DNA from: Gammaproteobacteria bacterium
GTDB lineage: Bacteria; Pseudomonadota; Gammaproteobacteria; Enterobacterales; Alteromonadaceae
Direction: 5' to 3'
DNA: 64,000 bases
NCBI GenBank assembly: GCA_018826295.1
Contig: JAHJZX010000040.1
Location: 79,688 to 143,687, forward strand
The notes beneath the pieces were generated by a model. That model had not been told where the DNA came from. It searched no databases and saw only the letters and a list, made by a program, of their open reading frames with translations. Positions 17,795 to 27,934 of this stretch are shown here, in pieces. Positions within the stretch are counted from its first letter, which is position 1; each line of letters opens with the position of its first letter. The translations under genes and the position numbers were made by a program.

Positions 17795-19915
17795 TTAGCT
17801 TTTAATGCCCAGCAAATTCAGAATAAAGGCATATTCTTCAGCAATTTGCGCCTGGCGGGCAAAACGGCCTGATTTACCGCCATGGCCGGCTTCCATCGTG
17901 GTTTTAAACAGCAACGGATGGCTATCGGTTTTATGCGTACGCAGCTTGGCTACCCATTTTGCCGGTTCAAAGTACTGTACTTGCGAGTCATGCAGGCCGG
18001 TGGTAACCAACATCGCCGGATAAGCCTGCTTCGCGACCTGATCATAAGGCGAATACGACAGCATATAGTCGTAATAGGCTTTTTGCTTCGGGTTACCCCA
18101 CTCGTCAAACTCGTTAGTGGTAAGCGGTATGCTTTCATCCAGCATTGTGGTGACGACATCAACAAAGGGCACATGCGCTACCAAACCACGGTACTTTTCT
18201 GGTGCCATATTCGCCACCGCGCCCATCAGCAAGCCGCCGGCACTGCCGCCCATACCAAATACCTTATCTTTGGCAACATAGTTATTGGCTACCAGATAAT
18301 CAGTTACATCAATGTAATCGGTAAAGGTATTGATTTTATTCAGTAACTTACCATCTTCATACCAGTGCCGGCCCATTTCCTGGCCGCCGCGGATATGGGC
18401 TATGGCGTAAACAAAACCACGGTCGACCAGCGACAACACCGTGTCACGAAAGCGCGGATCAGACGAGCTGCCATAAGAGCCATAAGCGTACTGATACAGC
18501 GGCGCGCTGCCATCACGCTTAAAATCTTTTTTATACAGCAACGACACCGGTACCTTTACACCATCGCGTGCGGTGGCCCATACCCGATCAGTAACATAGT
18601 TGTTTTTATCAAAACCACCCGGTACTTCAGTTTGCTTTAGCAATGTTTTTTCACCGGTTTGCATATTCAGTTCAAACACGCTGGCCGGTGTGGTTAACGA
18701 GGTATAGGTGTAACGCAACAGATTGGTGTTTTGCTGCGGGTTGACCTCAAAGCCGGCGACATAGGCCGCTTCATCTGAGGCGACGTAAAACGCTTTTTCC
18801 GGCGCGTTCCACGGCATCACTTTAATGCGGCGTAAACCGTCACTACGTTCATTAATGGCCAGGTAATTTTCAAAGGCTTCAAAGCCCTGAATAAACACCT
18901 TGTCGTCATGCGTAATTAACGGCTGCCAGTTAGTACGGTCACCAATTTTGTCGGCCGCTACCGTCATAATACGGTAGTTCGGCGCCTGCCAGTCGGTTTG
19001 GATGATCCAACGGCCATTGACATGATCGGCACTGTATTTTACGTCGCGTTCGCGCGCTGCCAGGCTGGTAAATTTACTGCCAGGTTTGCTGGCATCCATC
19101 ACCTGCATTTCGCTCGATACTGTGCTACTGGAGTAGATGATGACATAGTTGTCGTCGGTGCTGTTGCCTACGCCCATATAAAAACTATTGTCTTTTTCTT
19201 CATACACCAGCTTAGCTGCCGCCGGATCCTGCCCCAGTTTATGCTGCAGTACCTGAGTACTTAGCAGGGTTACCGGATCATTTTTAACGACATATAACGT
19301 TTTGCTGTCTTTGGCCCAGGCGATACTGGACGATAAACCCGTTAACACATCGGGCAAATCCTGACCGGTGCGTAAATCGCGTACTTTTAGCACATACTGC
19401 CGCCGGCCGCTGTCATCTTCCATATAGGCAATAAAGTTTTGATCCGGACTTACCTGCCAGTTCGACACGGCGTAATAGCTTTTGCCTTTTGCCAGCTCGT
19501 TAACATCCAGCATAACCTGCTCAGTACCCTCTTTTACCGCCTTACGCAGATAAATCGGATACTCTTTGCCGGTTTCATAACGACGGTAATAGCTGTAATC
19601 TCCCTTGGTGTAAGGTACTGAGCTGTCGTCCTGCTTAATCCGGCCAATGATCTCACTGGTCAGCTTTTCGGTTAACGGCTGATACGCTTTGGCATATTGC
19701 TCGACATAAGCATTTTCGCGCTGCAGATAATCCAGCACCGTTGGCGAGGTGCGGCTGTCATCACGCAACCAATAATAAGGATCCTGCCGATCGCCGTTCG
19801 GTGACGTTACGGTATAAGGTTGCTGCACAGCAACCGGAGGTTGCAGGCTAGCGGCACTCACAACATGCGCAGCGCATAAAGCGGCAAATAACACGGAATA
19901 AACAGCCGGTTTCAT
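17795..19915 (-). CDS. ptrB: Oligopeptidase B (S9A)
   Basis: DPYYWLRD, GGSAGG nucleophile, DSQV, GHGG; start moved to MKPAV. Confidence 0.92.
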   Translation of the reverse strand: MKPAVYSVLFAALCAAHVVSAASLQPPVAVQQPYTVTSPNGDRQDPYYWLRDDSRTSPTVLDYLQRENAYVEQYAKAYQPLTEKLTSEIIGRIKQDDSSVPYTKGDYSYYRRYETGKEYPIYLRKAVKEGTEQVMLDVNELAKGKSYYAVSNWQVSPDQNFIAYMEDDSGRRQYVLKVRDLRTGQDLPDVLTGLSSSIAWAKDSKTLYVVKNDPVTLLSTQVLQHKLGQDPAAAKLVYEEKDNSFYMGVGNSTDDNYVIIYSSSTVSSEMQVMDASKPGSKFTSLAARERDVKYSADHVNGRWIIQTDWQAPNYRIMTVAADKIGDRTNWQPLITHDDKVFIQGFEAFENYLAINERSDGLRRIKVMPWNAPEKAFYVASDEAAYVAGFEVNPQQNTNLLRYTYTSLTTPASVFELNMQTGEKTLLKQTEVPGGFDKNNYVTDRVWATARDGVKVPVSLLYKKDFKRDGSAPLYQYAYGSYGSSSDPRFRDTVLSLVDRGFVYAIAHIRGGQEMGRHWYEDGKLLNKINTFTDYIDVTDYLVANNYVAKDKVFGMGGSAGGLLMGAVANMAPEKYRGLVAHVPFVDVVTTMLDESIPLTTNEFDEWGNPKQKAYYDYMLSYSPYDQVAKQAYPAMLVTTGLHDSQVQYFEPAKWVAKLRTHKTDSHPLLFKTTMEAGHGGKSGRFARQAQIAEEYAFILNLLGIKS

Positions 19916-20125
19916 TAATATCTCTCCTGAGCAGACACTAAAAGCAGACAATAAAACGCAAACGTTAACACGCAATAGCCAGCAACACTATTCAACACAA
20001 ATTGAAAAAGTGTAACGGTTTATGTAACAAGCTGGTTAAAGCGGGCCAACTGGCGGTACGGCTATTCACAAAATGCGCAAAATGCGCTATTACTGTTTGG
20101 CTAACTACATACAAGGAAAACGAAA

Positions 20126-20308
20126 ATGGCGTTAATGACCGTCGATCAGGTAGCTGAATTTCTTGGCGTTCAGGCAATACGGGTAGAACGGCTGGCACGG
20201 GAAAACCTGCTGGTACCCGCCGAAAAAGACAGCGATGGTAAACCAATGTTTAATGAAGAAGACGTTAAGCGGTATAAAACCCTGGCAGAGCGGCTGGGCG
20301 GGCTATAA
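20126..20308 (+). CDS. Small HTH (MerR/excisionase-like) DNA-binding protein
   Basis: MTVDQVAEFLGV...F.EEDV..Y pattern; AAGGA RBS. Confidence 0.75.
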   Translation: MALMTVDQVAEFLGVQAIRVERLARENLLVPAEKDSDGKPMFNEEDVKRYKTLAERLGGL

Positions 20309-21172
20309 CGGCTGTTGCAACTGTTGCAGTTGTAATTGCCACTGCGCAGCCTGGGCCTGACAGCCCGGCTGTGCCAGATACCATAACCAGCAAAAACCGG
20401 CATATAAGACTTTCGCCGCTGGCAGTTTTGCTGTCAAATGCTGCAGTAAATCCGGCTGCTGCCGCAGCTGGGCATACTGTTGTAACAGGGCACTTTGCTG
20501 CGCCGTATCCAGCTTAAAATGCAAGCATAACGCGGCCAAATCCAGGCTGCTGTCTGCGCGTTGGCTATATTCAAAATCGAGCAGCCACAACTTGTTTTCC
20601 GCCCAGAGTAAATTGCCCTGATGCAAATCCATATGGCACAGCACCTCATCAACGGGCAATGCACTTAGCCTGGCTGCAGCCTGGCGTAACAAGGCAAAAA
20701 GCGGTGTCGTTAGCTCTGCCTGCTCTGCTACAGCCTGCTGCAATTGCTGCAAATAGCTGCTGTAGTCCAGCACCGGCGTTTGTACCTGCAGTAAATGAAA
20801 GGGCACCAACAGCTGTAACAGCGGTGCTATGCCAAGCTGCGGGTAGCTATAAGCGATAGCGTCGGGGATATAGTCGCTAAGCATAATCTGATAATGGTTA
20901 TTCAGGCACAGCGGCGCCGGTGCTAAACCCTGCGCCGCGGCAGCATGCTGACAACGCAGCTCTTGCTGGCGGCACACAGTGGAATGCGCCGGATAACAGC
21001 GCAGCACATAATCCCCCTGCGCAGTCTTAACATGATAACTCTGATTGCTGTCGCCATGCGACAGGGCGCGCACCGCGACAGGAGGCTGACTGACAAAAAA
21101 CTCCAGCCGCTGACACAGCCGTGTTACACGCTCAATCTCACTGCCGGTTGCTGCTGATAATGACTGCGCCAA
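20303..21172 (-). CDS. Choline/thiamine kinase-like phosphotransferase
   Basis: CHMDLHQGN and DFEY kinase motifs; last gene of a TPP-riboswitch operon; start uncertain (TTG). Confidence 0.8.
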   Translation of the reverse strand: MAQSLSAATGSEIERVTRLCQRLEFFVSQPPVAVRALSHGDSNQSYHVKTAQGDYVLRCYPAHSTVCRQQELRCQHAAAAQGLAPAPLCLNNHYQIMLSDYIPDAIAYSYPQLGIAPLLQLLVPFHLLQVQTPVLDYSSYLQQLQQAVAEQAELTTPLFALLRQAAARLSALPVDEVLCHMDLHQGNLLWAENKLWLLDFEYSQRADSSLDLAALCLHFKLDTAQQSALLQQYAQLRQQPDLLQHLTAKLPAAKVLYAGFCWLWYLAQPGCQAQAAQWQLQLQQLQQPL

Positions 21173-21753
21173 ATAAAGTATCCTGCAATAGCTATAACGG
21201 TATACAGCATAAACAAGCCGGTAAGAAAATACAGATGTTTTTCGGCATACACGTAAATAGACACCGCATCTATCACCACCCAGTACAACCAGTTAGACAC
21301 CAGTTTACGCGCTACCAGCCAGGTGGCGACAACGCTGAATACCGTCGTCTGGGCATCAAGATAAGCAAAATCAGCTGCGGTATAGCTGGCCATAAAATGG
21401 CCCAACAGCACGCCGGCCAGCGCGGTAACCGCAACGAGCAGCGCATGACGTTGCCAGGGCCACTCATATACCGGGCCGCGCGCATCGGCTGTACTCTGGC
21501 GTAACTGTTGCCAGCGCCACCAGCCATACAGCGCCATACCGGCATAATACAGCTGCAATAACGCATCCGACAGCAGCGCCGATTGCCACATTACATGGGT
21601 AAACAACAAGGTGCTTAGTAGCGCCGCCGGCCAGCACCACAAGCTTTGCTTAAGTGCTAACACCACATAAGCCAGCGCCAGCAAGGTCGCTATCAGCTCC
21701 AGGCTGTGCATCAGTTGCCACTGCGCTATTGCCTGGCTTAGCAGCTCGTTCAT
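21124..21753 (-). CDS. pnuC: PnuC-family vitamin transporter (probably thiamine-specific PnuT)
   Basis: Multi-TM; LQLYY, W..W, ENW-like SNWLYWVVID; TPP context. Confidence 0.88.
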   Translation of the reverse strand: MNELLSQAIAQWQLMHSLELIATLLALAYVVLALKQSLWCWPAALLSTLLFTHVMWQSALLSDALLQLYYAGMALYGWWRWQQLRQSTADARGPVYEWPWQRHALLVAVTALAGVLLGHFMASYTAADFAYLDAQTTVFSVVATWLVARKLVSNWLYWVVIDAVSIYVYAEKHLYFLTGLFMLYTVIAIAGYFIWRSHYQQQPAVRLSV

Positions 21754-21998
21754 GGCCGCAAATCACCCTGAATAAACTTACAGACAAACACCACCTTGCC
21801 ATAGCGCTGAAACGACCACTTGATACAGGCTTGCAACGCCTGCATCACAGTATCATAGTCGCCAAACAGCTGGGTGCTCATAGTGTTGGTCAGCACTGTA
21901 ATGTCCGGATATTGGTTTAGCTGGTCAATAAAGCCTTTGATCGGCGTAATGTAATCATCGGCCAGCGGATATTTACTTATTTCTACCGAAAGCTGCAT
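21750..21998 (-). CDS. YkoF-like thiamine/HMP-binding protein
   Basis: SVEISKYPL...TNTMSTQLFGDYD pattern; operon context. Confidence 0.78.
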   Translation of the reverse strand: MQLSVEISKYPLADDYITPIKGFIDQLNQYPDITVLTNTMSTQLFGDYDTVMQALQACIKWSFQRYGKVVFVCKFIQGDLRP

Positions 21999-22008
21999 AG
22001 CTTACCTC

Positions 22009-24096
22009 TCAGAACTGATAACTGGCGCTAATACCGACGCGACGCGGCTCAGCAAACTGTTGATAAACATGGGACTCGTAGCCATCGCGAGGGTCGTTGC
22101 CAAAGTAAAAGCCACGTACGCCAATATCCTGGTCCAACGCATTACGCGTCCACAATGCCAACTCCCAGTTGTGCAATTGATAGTTTAAACGTGCCCCCAG
22201 CAACTCGTAGCGCTGTGATCTGGCGTTGTGGCCATCCGAAAAGTAAAACTCGTCTTTGCCCTGCAGGCTAAGGTTAAATGTCAGACTGTCGCTGATATAC
22301 CAGTCTGCAGCCACACTGTACTGAAAACGTGGCGCCTGGGCCTGCTCGCGGCCGCTGAAATTGTCGCCATCGAGCGTAATGTAGCGCCCCAGTTTGGTTT
22401 TCAGCCAACTGGCAGATAAAAACAGCGCCAGCTGCGGATGCAGCTGCAGGCGGTTTTCCATTTCAATACCGTAGTTGCGGCCACTGCCAGCGTTATCAAT
22501 AAAGCCGGCAAATTGCGGGCCGCTGTCCGGGTTTAACCAGCCTTTTACCTGCATATCATCACGCCACATGTAAAACGCCGCCACCCTGGCCGTCAGGCTG
22601 TTATCTATTGCACTGCCTTTCACACCAAACTCAGCGTTGTACAGGGTTTCCGGTTTAAAGCTGGCTTTGCTGCTTAGTTCAGATAAATTGCCATCGGCCG
22701 CTTTGGCCAGCGCATCACCGTTAACCCCACCGGCTTTATAGCCACGGGATGCCAGTAAGTACACCAGCGCCTGAGTGTTAACCTGATAATTCAGGCTAAC
22801 ATTGGCGCCCCACATCGTGTCGTGGTTTTTAATGCTGTTACCGCTACTGTCGGTGTATTCATCATCATAACGTTCCAGCCGCAGGCCAGACACCAGGCTC
22901 CAGCCATCTTGCAGTGGCGTAGTCAGCTCGCCGTATATCGCGGCATTTACCCGGTTTAAGCTGCTGGCAAAGCTGTCAGCCTGCCATAAATCCCAATTCC
23001 AGAATTGGCGGGTTAATTCAAAACCTTTGTTTGCTGCGTACAGCCCCAACACCCAATCACTGTTACCCAGTTTACCCTCTGGCGTAGAAGTAAAACGGTA
23101 ATCCAGCGTCAGTTGATCACGCTCGCGCAAATAACGATCTGTCGTTGAATACTCATCCGGATGAATACCAACATAACTCCAGTCCTCGTCAAAACCGTAA
23201 TCACTGTCTGCCGCCAGCCAGCTCAGCTGCGCCGACACATTAGCAAAGCCTAAGCCGCTGTAATCGGCTTGCAGAGCTACCGCTTTGCTTTGAATATCAT
23301 CCTGACCCGGTTGGTCGGATAAGGTCGTGCGGTTACGATCCAGCGAGAAGGCATCATAGCCATTTTTTTGTTCAACAAAATGGCTGATCAGTTGTAGCGC
23401 CAGCTCGGCCGTCGGCTGGTATTGCAGTTTAAAACGACCGGTAAATTCGTCGATATTGTTGGTATCGTCACGGTTTAAGTAGGTATTTTTAATAAAACCG
23501 TCCGAACGTTGATGCTCCAGCGCCAGGCTGTAACCCAGCTGGTCGTTGATACCATCGCTAAACTGGCCAGCCAGCTGATAACTGTCGTAGTTGGCCAGTG
23601 AGCCACTCAGTCTGGCTTCAGGTGTATTGGTTGGGCCTTTGGTTGTCAGGTTTAACATGCCAGCCAGCGCATTGGCGCCAAAGCGGTTGGCTTGTGGGCC
23701 ACGAAATACTTCAAGCTGGGCTAAATCGGCAATACCACTGATGCCCAGGCCTGAGTAGTCAATGCCATCAATTAAAATACCCACCGACGGGTTTATGGTG
23801 TCGACAAATTCGCTGCGCTCACCAATACCACGAATTTGAATATAGCGGCCGCGTGATGCACCGGCGCTGAAATTGACGCCGGCCAGTTGTTGCAACACAT
23901 CGTCCAGGTGCTGCGCCGAGGTGCGTTTGGCATCCTGCTCTGCGACAATGGCAACACTGCCTGCTACCTGCTGCACCGACTGCTGGCGAAAATCGCCCTG
24001 CACGCTGATGCGCTCAACAAAAGCCTCTGCTTCGTTGGCCTGAATAGAAAAACTGCTGCACACAGCCAAAGTAAGTAACGACGGGAAAAAGCGCAT
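22009..24096 (-). CDS. TonB-dependent receptor, probable thiamine uptake
   Basis: IQIRGIG plug, C-terminal YQF; downstream of TPP riboswitch; start moved to MRFF. Confidence 0.88.
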   Translation of the reverse strand: MRFFPSLLTLAVCSSFSIQANEAEAFVERISVQGDFRQQSVQQVAGSVAIVAEQDAKRTSAQHLDDVLQQLAGVNFSAGASRGRYIQIRGIGERSEFVDTINPSVGILIDGIDYSGLGISGIADLAQLEVFRGPQANRFGANALAGMLNLTTKGPTNTPEARLSGSLANYDSYQLAGQFSDGINDQLGYSLALEHQRSDGFIKNTYLNRDDTNNIDEFTGRFKLQYQPTAELALQLISHFVEQKNGYDAFSLDRNRTTLSDQPGQDDIQSKAVALQADYSGLGFANVSAQLSWLAADSDYGFDEDWSYVGIHPDEYSTTDRYLRERDQLTLDYRFTSTPEGKLGNSDWVLGLYAANKGFELTRQFWNWDLWQADSFASSLNRVNAAIYGELTTPLQDGWSLVSGLRLERYDDEYTDSSGNSIKNHDTMWGANVSLNYQVNTQALVYLLASRGYKAGGVNGDALAKAADGNLSELSSKASFKPETLYNAEFGVKGSAIDNSLTARVAAFYMWRDDMQVKGWLNPDSGPQFAGFIDNAGSGRNYGIEMENRLQLHPQLALFLSASWLKTKLGRYITLDGDNFSGREQAQAPRFQYSVAADWYISDSLTFNLSLQGKDEFYFSDGHNARSQRYELLGARLNYQLHNWELALWTRNALDQDIGVRGFYFGNDPRDGYESHVYQQFAEPRRVGISASYQF

Positions 24097-24149
24097 TGTT
24101 GTATGAATCTCCAGTAACAACAGAGATCACACCAGCTTGAGGAGTTAGC

Positions 24150-24228
24150 ACCATCCCTCCGCCGGTATAATCCGGATCAGGTTATAAGGGTTCGCCTTGC
24201 GGCATCTCAGCTACTGCACCCCTTGGTT
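24150..24228 (-). ncRNA. TPP riboswitch
   Basis: Minus strand reads GGGGTGC..CTGAGA..AACCCTT.TAACCTGATCCGGATTATACCGGCGGAGGGA, all conserved TPP-aptamer elements. Confidence 0.95.
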
Positions 24229-24346
24229 GCGCGGCAAGTGTAAAGCCTTTTATTTGCGCATGCAATGTGCAAAGGACGGCTAAACTCCTATAGTTGTAAC
24301 GGAGTCATGTCGTATCCGCCTAACAGGGGGCTGACAAGGACAGATT

Positions 24347-25195
24347 ATGAAAAGCTATATAGAACGCGTTATTGCAGAAATTCCGCTGTTTTTTAACCAC
24401 TTCAGCCAATGTTTATTCCGTCCCAATCGCTTTATTCAGCAGCAATTGGCGCTTGCAGAACAAGCCGATGAGGTTAGTAAAGGCGTCGAATTTTTAATCC
24501 TGTCGTTTCTTATTGCACTGTTTATCAGCCAGTTACTGCCTGAAGCGGTTAATCCTGTAACCTTACCCGCAGACGACGCCGCTTTTACCCAATTGGCCAG
24601 CAGCGCGCTGTTTGATTTATTTCTGCTGTTTTTTGCCGCTGCTATCAGCTTTGGCTGCCTGCGGTTGATGGGCGTAGCCAGTAGCTTCTCTGCCTATTTC
24701 CGCCTGTTTGCTTTTTTTTGCGGTGCTACCCTGGTGTTGCTGGTATTTGCCAACGCGCTGACCAATATTGGCATGATAGATCCTGTGGTAGCCAAAAGCT
24801 GGATCCAACTGGAGCAAAGCGCACAGGTACTGAAGTCGGGAATAGAACAGTCAATGTGTCACACCGATGCCAACGGTGAGTTGATAGCCAACCCCGTCCT
24901 GGGCGAGCAACTGCAGCAGCAACTGACGCAGGCACAAACTCTGTATCTGCAGGCAACAGAGCGGCCGTTGTTTATAACCGGTAACGTGCTGCAAGCCATA
25001 ATGTACTTATTTCTGCTGCTCTGGTTGCTTGTCGCCTGGTTTGCCTATGGTAAGCAGCAGCAACTTAGCAGCGGCAAAATTGTCTGTTCTGCGCTGCTAA
25101 GCCTGGGGCTAATTTATCTTGCCAGCCTGCTATTAAGCCTGATGCAAACCGGTAGCCAGATGATGGCCGTATACCGGGCCTGTGCTGCGGCTTAA
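24347..25195 (+). CDS. Hypothetical multi-pass membrane protein (Yip1-like topology) with soluble insertion
   Basis: 282 aa, about 5 hydrophobic segments; AGGA RBS. Confidence 0.6.
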   Translation: MKSYIERVIAEIPLFFNHFSQCLFRPNRFIQQQLALAEQADEVSKGVEFLILSFLIALFISQLLPEAVNPVTLPADDAAFTQLASSALFDLFLLFFAAAISFGCLRLMGVASSFSAYFRLFAFFCGATLVLLVFANALTNIGMIDPVVAKSWIQLEQSAQVLKSGIEQSMCHTDANGELIANPVLGEQLQQQLTQAQTLYLQATERPLFITGNVLQAIMYLFLLLWLLVAWFAYGKQQQLSSGKIVCSALLSLGLIYLASLLLSLMQTGSQMMAVYRACAAA

Positions 25196-26838
25196 GCTGA
25201 TGTCGCCGCCACGTTAAATACGCGCCAATCGTCGCTTAATTGCATGGCCAACTGGTTTAGCTGCTCACTGGCGTCGGCCGCACGGGCGGCACCATCATTA
25301 AGTTGTACCACATCATCATTTAACAGCTGAATATTCTGTGCGATGTCGGTCGCAACCCGTTGCTGCTGCTCAGTTGCAGTACAAATGCTTAAATTAGTTG
25401 CGGCTATGCTTTCTACTGCTGTGGCCAGCTCCGTAAAACGGCTGCCGGCCGTCTGCGCCAGTTGTACATTAGTGTCGGCATCTTTATGCGCTTGCTGCAT
25501 CACCGTAACCGCACTGACCGCTTGTTGCTGCAACTGGCTGATCATCTTGCTAATTGACTCTGTTGCCTGCTTGGTATTGGCCGACAGCGTGCGCACCTCA
25601 TCTGCTACTACTGAAAATCCGCGCCCGGCTTCGCCTGCTCTGGCCGCTTCTATTGCAGCATTTAACGCCAGCAAATTGGTTTGTTCTGAAATTTTACCGA
25701 TCACATCCAGCACGCCGGAAATCTGACCGGACTCCTGCTGTAGCTGGCGCACTACCTGCGCACTGTGCTGAAGTTGTTGCGCCAGGGCGCTAATGCCTGC
25801 CGCACTGTCAGCTGCCACATCACGGCCGGCGGCACACAGGGTTTCTGCTTGCTGCGCTGCCGCTGCAGCATCTTCGGCATGTGCTGCCACGTCCTGCACA
25901 CTGGCGCTCATCTGCCCGACTGCTGTTGCCAGCTGGTTAGCCTGATCCGCCTGACGTACCACACTGAGGCTGACATCGTCACTGCTTTTAAACACCGAAG
26001 CCGCCTGCTCAGTAAGCAATGCCGAACGGTTACCCAGGCTCACAACCAGCTGCTGAAAATGGCTGATCATTTGATTTAGCGCCCGCGCCGCCTCAGCAAC
26101 TTCATCAGAACCGCTATCGTTGGCTCTGAGGGTTAAATCTGAGCTTTGCTGCACCTGTTTGAGCATATCGCGCAGTGCCCACAGTGGCCGGCACACCGAA
26201 CGCTGCACCGCCCAGATAAGGCCACTGATTAACAGCAACAGCACCATACCGCCAACACTATAAGCGTTAACCAGTTGCGTGGTAAAACGCTCTGCCGAAT
26301 CCCTTACCGTGGCGCCAGCCGCAATTTGCTGCTGAATAAAGGCTTCGGTTAAGCTGGTAAAAGCGGTAATACGCAGCTCTATTTCGTTGTTAACTGTCGA
26401 CTCATTTAAGATGCGCACTAACAGCGCGTCACTACCGGCATAACTTATCCACTCTTGGTAGTGTTTTATCGCCTTGTCAAAACTTTGGTCCAGCTCAGCA
26501 TAAAACTCAGCGCTGTCTTGCGCCGGCCGGCTTTGCACAAAACCTTGCCAGTGCTGCTGCGCCAGCGTCAAATGTTGCTTAACGGCTTGTTCAGTAGCCT
26601 CTGCCGAGGCCCAGCCGGTACGGTACTTACGAATGTCCTGTAATGCCGTTTGCTGCAAAATTTGTTGCACTGCCATCACATCAGATAAGATGGCCAGATG
26701 ATCATCATACAGCCGGTTAAATAACTTATCTTTTTGCTGCGCCGACCAAAACGCTGCCAACAGCACCAGCAATAACATCAGTAGCGGCAACACGCCCAGC
26801 AATAACACCCGACCAGAGATTTTCAGCTTCGACAACAT
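25192..26838 (-). CDS. Methyl-accepting chemotaxis protein
   Basis: Two TMs, [35 protein letters not shown]; start moved to MLSKL. Confidence 0.95.
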   Translation of the reverse strand: MLSKLKISGRVLLLGVLPLLMLLLVLLAAFWSAQQKDKLFNRLYDDHLAILSDVMAVQQILQQTALQDIRKYRTGWASAEATEQAVKQHLTLAQQHWQGFVQSRPAQDSAEFYAELDQSFDKAIKHYQEWISYAGSDALLVRILNESTVNNEIELRITAFTSLTEAFIQQQIAAGATVRDSAERFTTQLVNAYSVGGMVLLLLISGLIWAVQRSVCRPLWALRDMLKQVQQSSDLTLRANDSGSDEVAEAARALNQMISHFQQLVVSLGNRSALLTEQAASVFKSSDDVSLSVVRQADQANQLATAVGQMSASVQDVAAHAEDAAAAAQQAETLCAAGRDVAADSAAGISALAQQLQHSAQVVRQLQQESGQISGVLDVIGKISEQTNLLALNAAIEAARAGEAGRGFSVVADEVRTLSANTKQATESISKMISQLQQQAVSAVTVMQQAHKDADTNVQLAQTAGSRFTELATAVESIAATNLSICTATEQQQRVATDIAQNIQLLNDDVVQLNDGAARAADASEQLNQLAMQLSDDWRVFNVAATSA

Positions 26839-27002
26839 AACAGGCCTACACCGCGAGTTAATTTGGCGGCAGTCTAGCGCCATTTAATGACAAAATTGTG
26901 ACACTACCACTGGTGCTGCCGCGCCCTCTGCAGCCGGTACAGATGACTTTAACCGGCCGCTACTCTACACTGCTACAAGCCGCCGGCAGCTTAGGAATAG
27001 CC

Positions 27003-27866
27003 ATGTTTAATTTGCGACCACACCAGCTGCTGTTGTTATCGTTAGCGGCGGCGTTTACCACCATGGCGCTGAAAACCCTGGCCTGGTATCTAACCGGTTC
27101 GGTTGGTTTTTTATCTGATGCGATAGAGTCTGTCGTTAATGTCGCCGGCGCAGGCTTTGCGTTATGGATGATTAGCCTGGCGCATCGTCCGGCAGATGAC
27201 GGCCACCCTTTTGGCCATAGCAAAGCGGAATATTTATCCGCCGCCTTTGAAGGCGGCATGGTTGTGCTGGCTGCGCTGGCAATATTTGTGGCTGCTAGCG
27301 AACGTTTAATCTATCCCCAGCCGCTGGAGGCACTAGGTATTGGCACGGTGCTAACGGTACTGGCCAGCCTGATTAACCTCGCCGTAGCGCAGTTACTGTT
27401 ACGCGGCGGCCGGCGCGACAACTCCCCGGCACTGGAAGCTGACGGCAAACACTTAATGACAGACGTCTGGACCACGGTTGGCGTTGTGGCAGGTGTTGGC
27501 CTGGCCTCTTACAGTGGGCACAGCTGGTTAGACTCGGTGGTCGCCATTGCCGTTGCCCTGCATATACTGCATGAAGGCGGCAATATTCTATATCGCTCGA
27601 TCAATGGTTTACTTGATAAGTCACTTTCAGACGACAAAATAAACAGCATAAGTCAGTGTCTGGCGGCCATCGCCGGGCCCGACGTAACTTTTAACCGCTT
27701 ACGTACCCGCGCAGCTGCGTCGCTGCAGTTTGCTCAGGTAGATATGCTGGTGCCAGCGCATTGGAGCGTAGCACAGGCGCATAAATTAGCCGACGATGCG
27801 GAGCTGGCTGTGCAGGCACTTGGCGTTGAATTGATAGTACATATCGAGCCTAAATTTACGCCCTGA
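27003..27866 (+). CDS. Cation diffusion facilitator transporter
   Basis: SDAIES, HPFGHSKAE, ADGKHLMTD, VHIEP motifs; start moved to MFNLR. Confidence 0.9.
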   Translation: MFNLRPHQLLLLSLAAAFTTMALKTLAWYLTGSVGFLSDAIESVVNVAGAGFALWMISLAHRPADDGHPFGHSKAEYLSAAFEGGMVVLAALAIFVAASERLIYPQPLEALGIGTVLTVLASLINLAVAQLLLRGGRRDNSPALEADGKHLMTDVWTTVGVVAGVGLASYSGHSWLDSVVAIAVALHILHEGGNILYRSINGLLDKSLSDDKINSISQCLAAIAGPDVTFNRLRTRAAASLQFAQVDMLVPAHWSVAQAHKLADDAELAVQALGVELIVHIEPKFTP

Positions 27867-27934
27867 CTGGAGATTTACCTGAACAGCGCTACAGTTAATA
27901 CATCCCCTCTAGGACAATAAGAGCAGCAAGCAGT

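Noticed and set aside
20126-20308. Excisionase marking a prophage edge
   Set aside because: Flanked by core-type genes with no att site or phage genes; more likely a resident small HTH regulator
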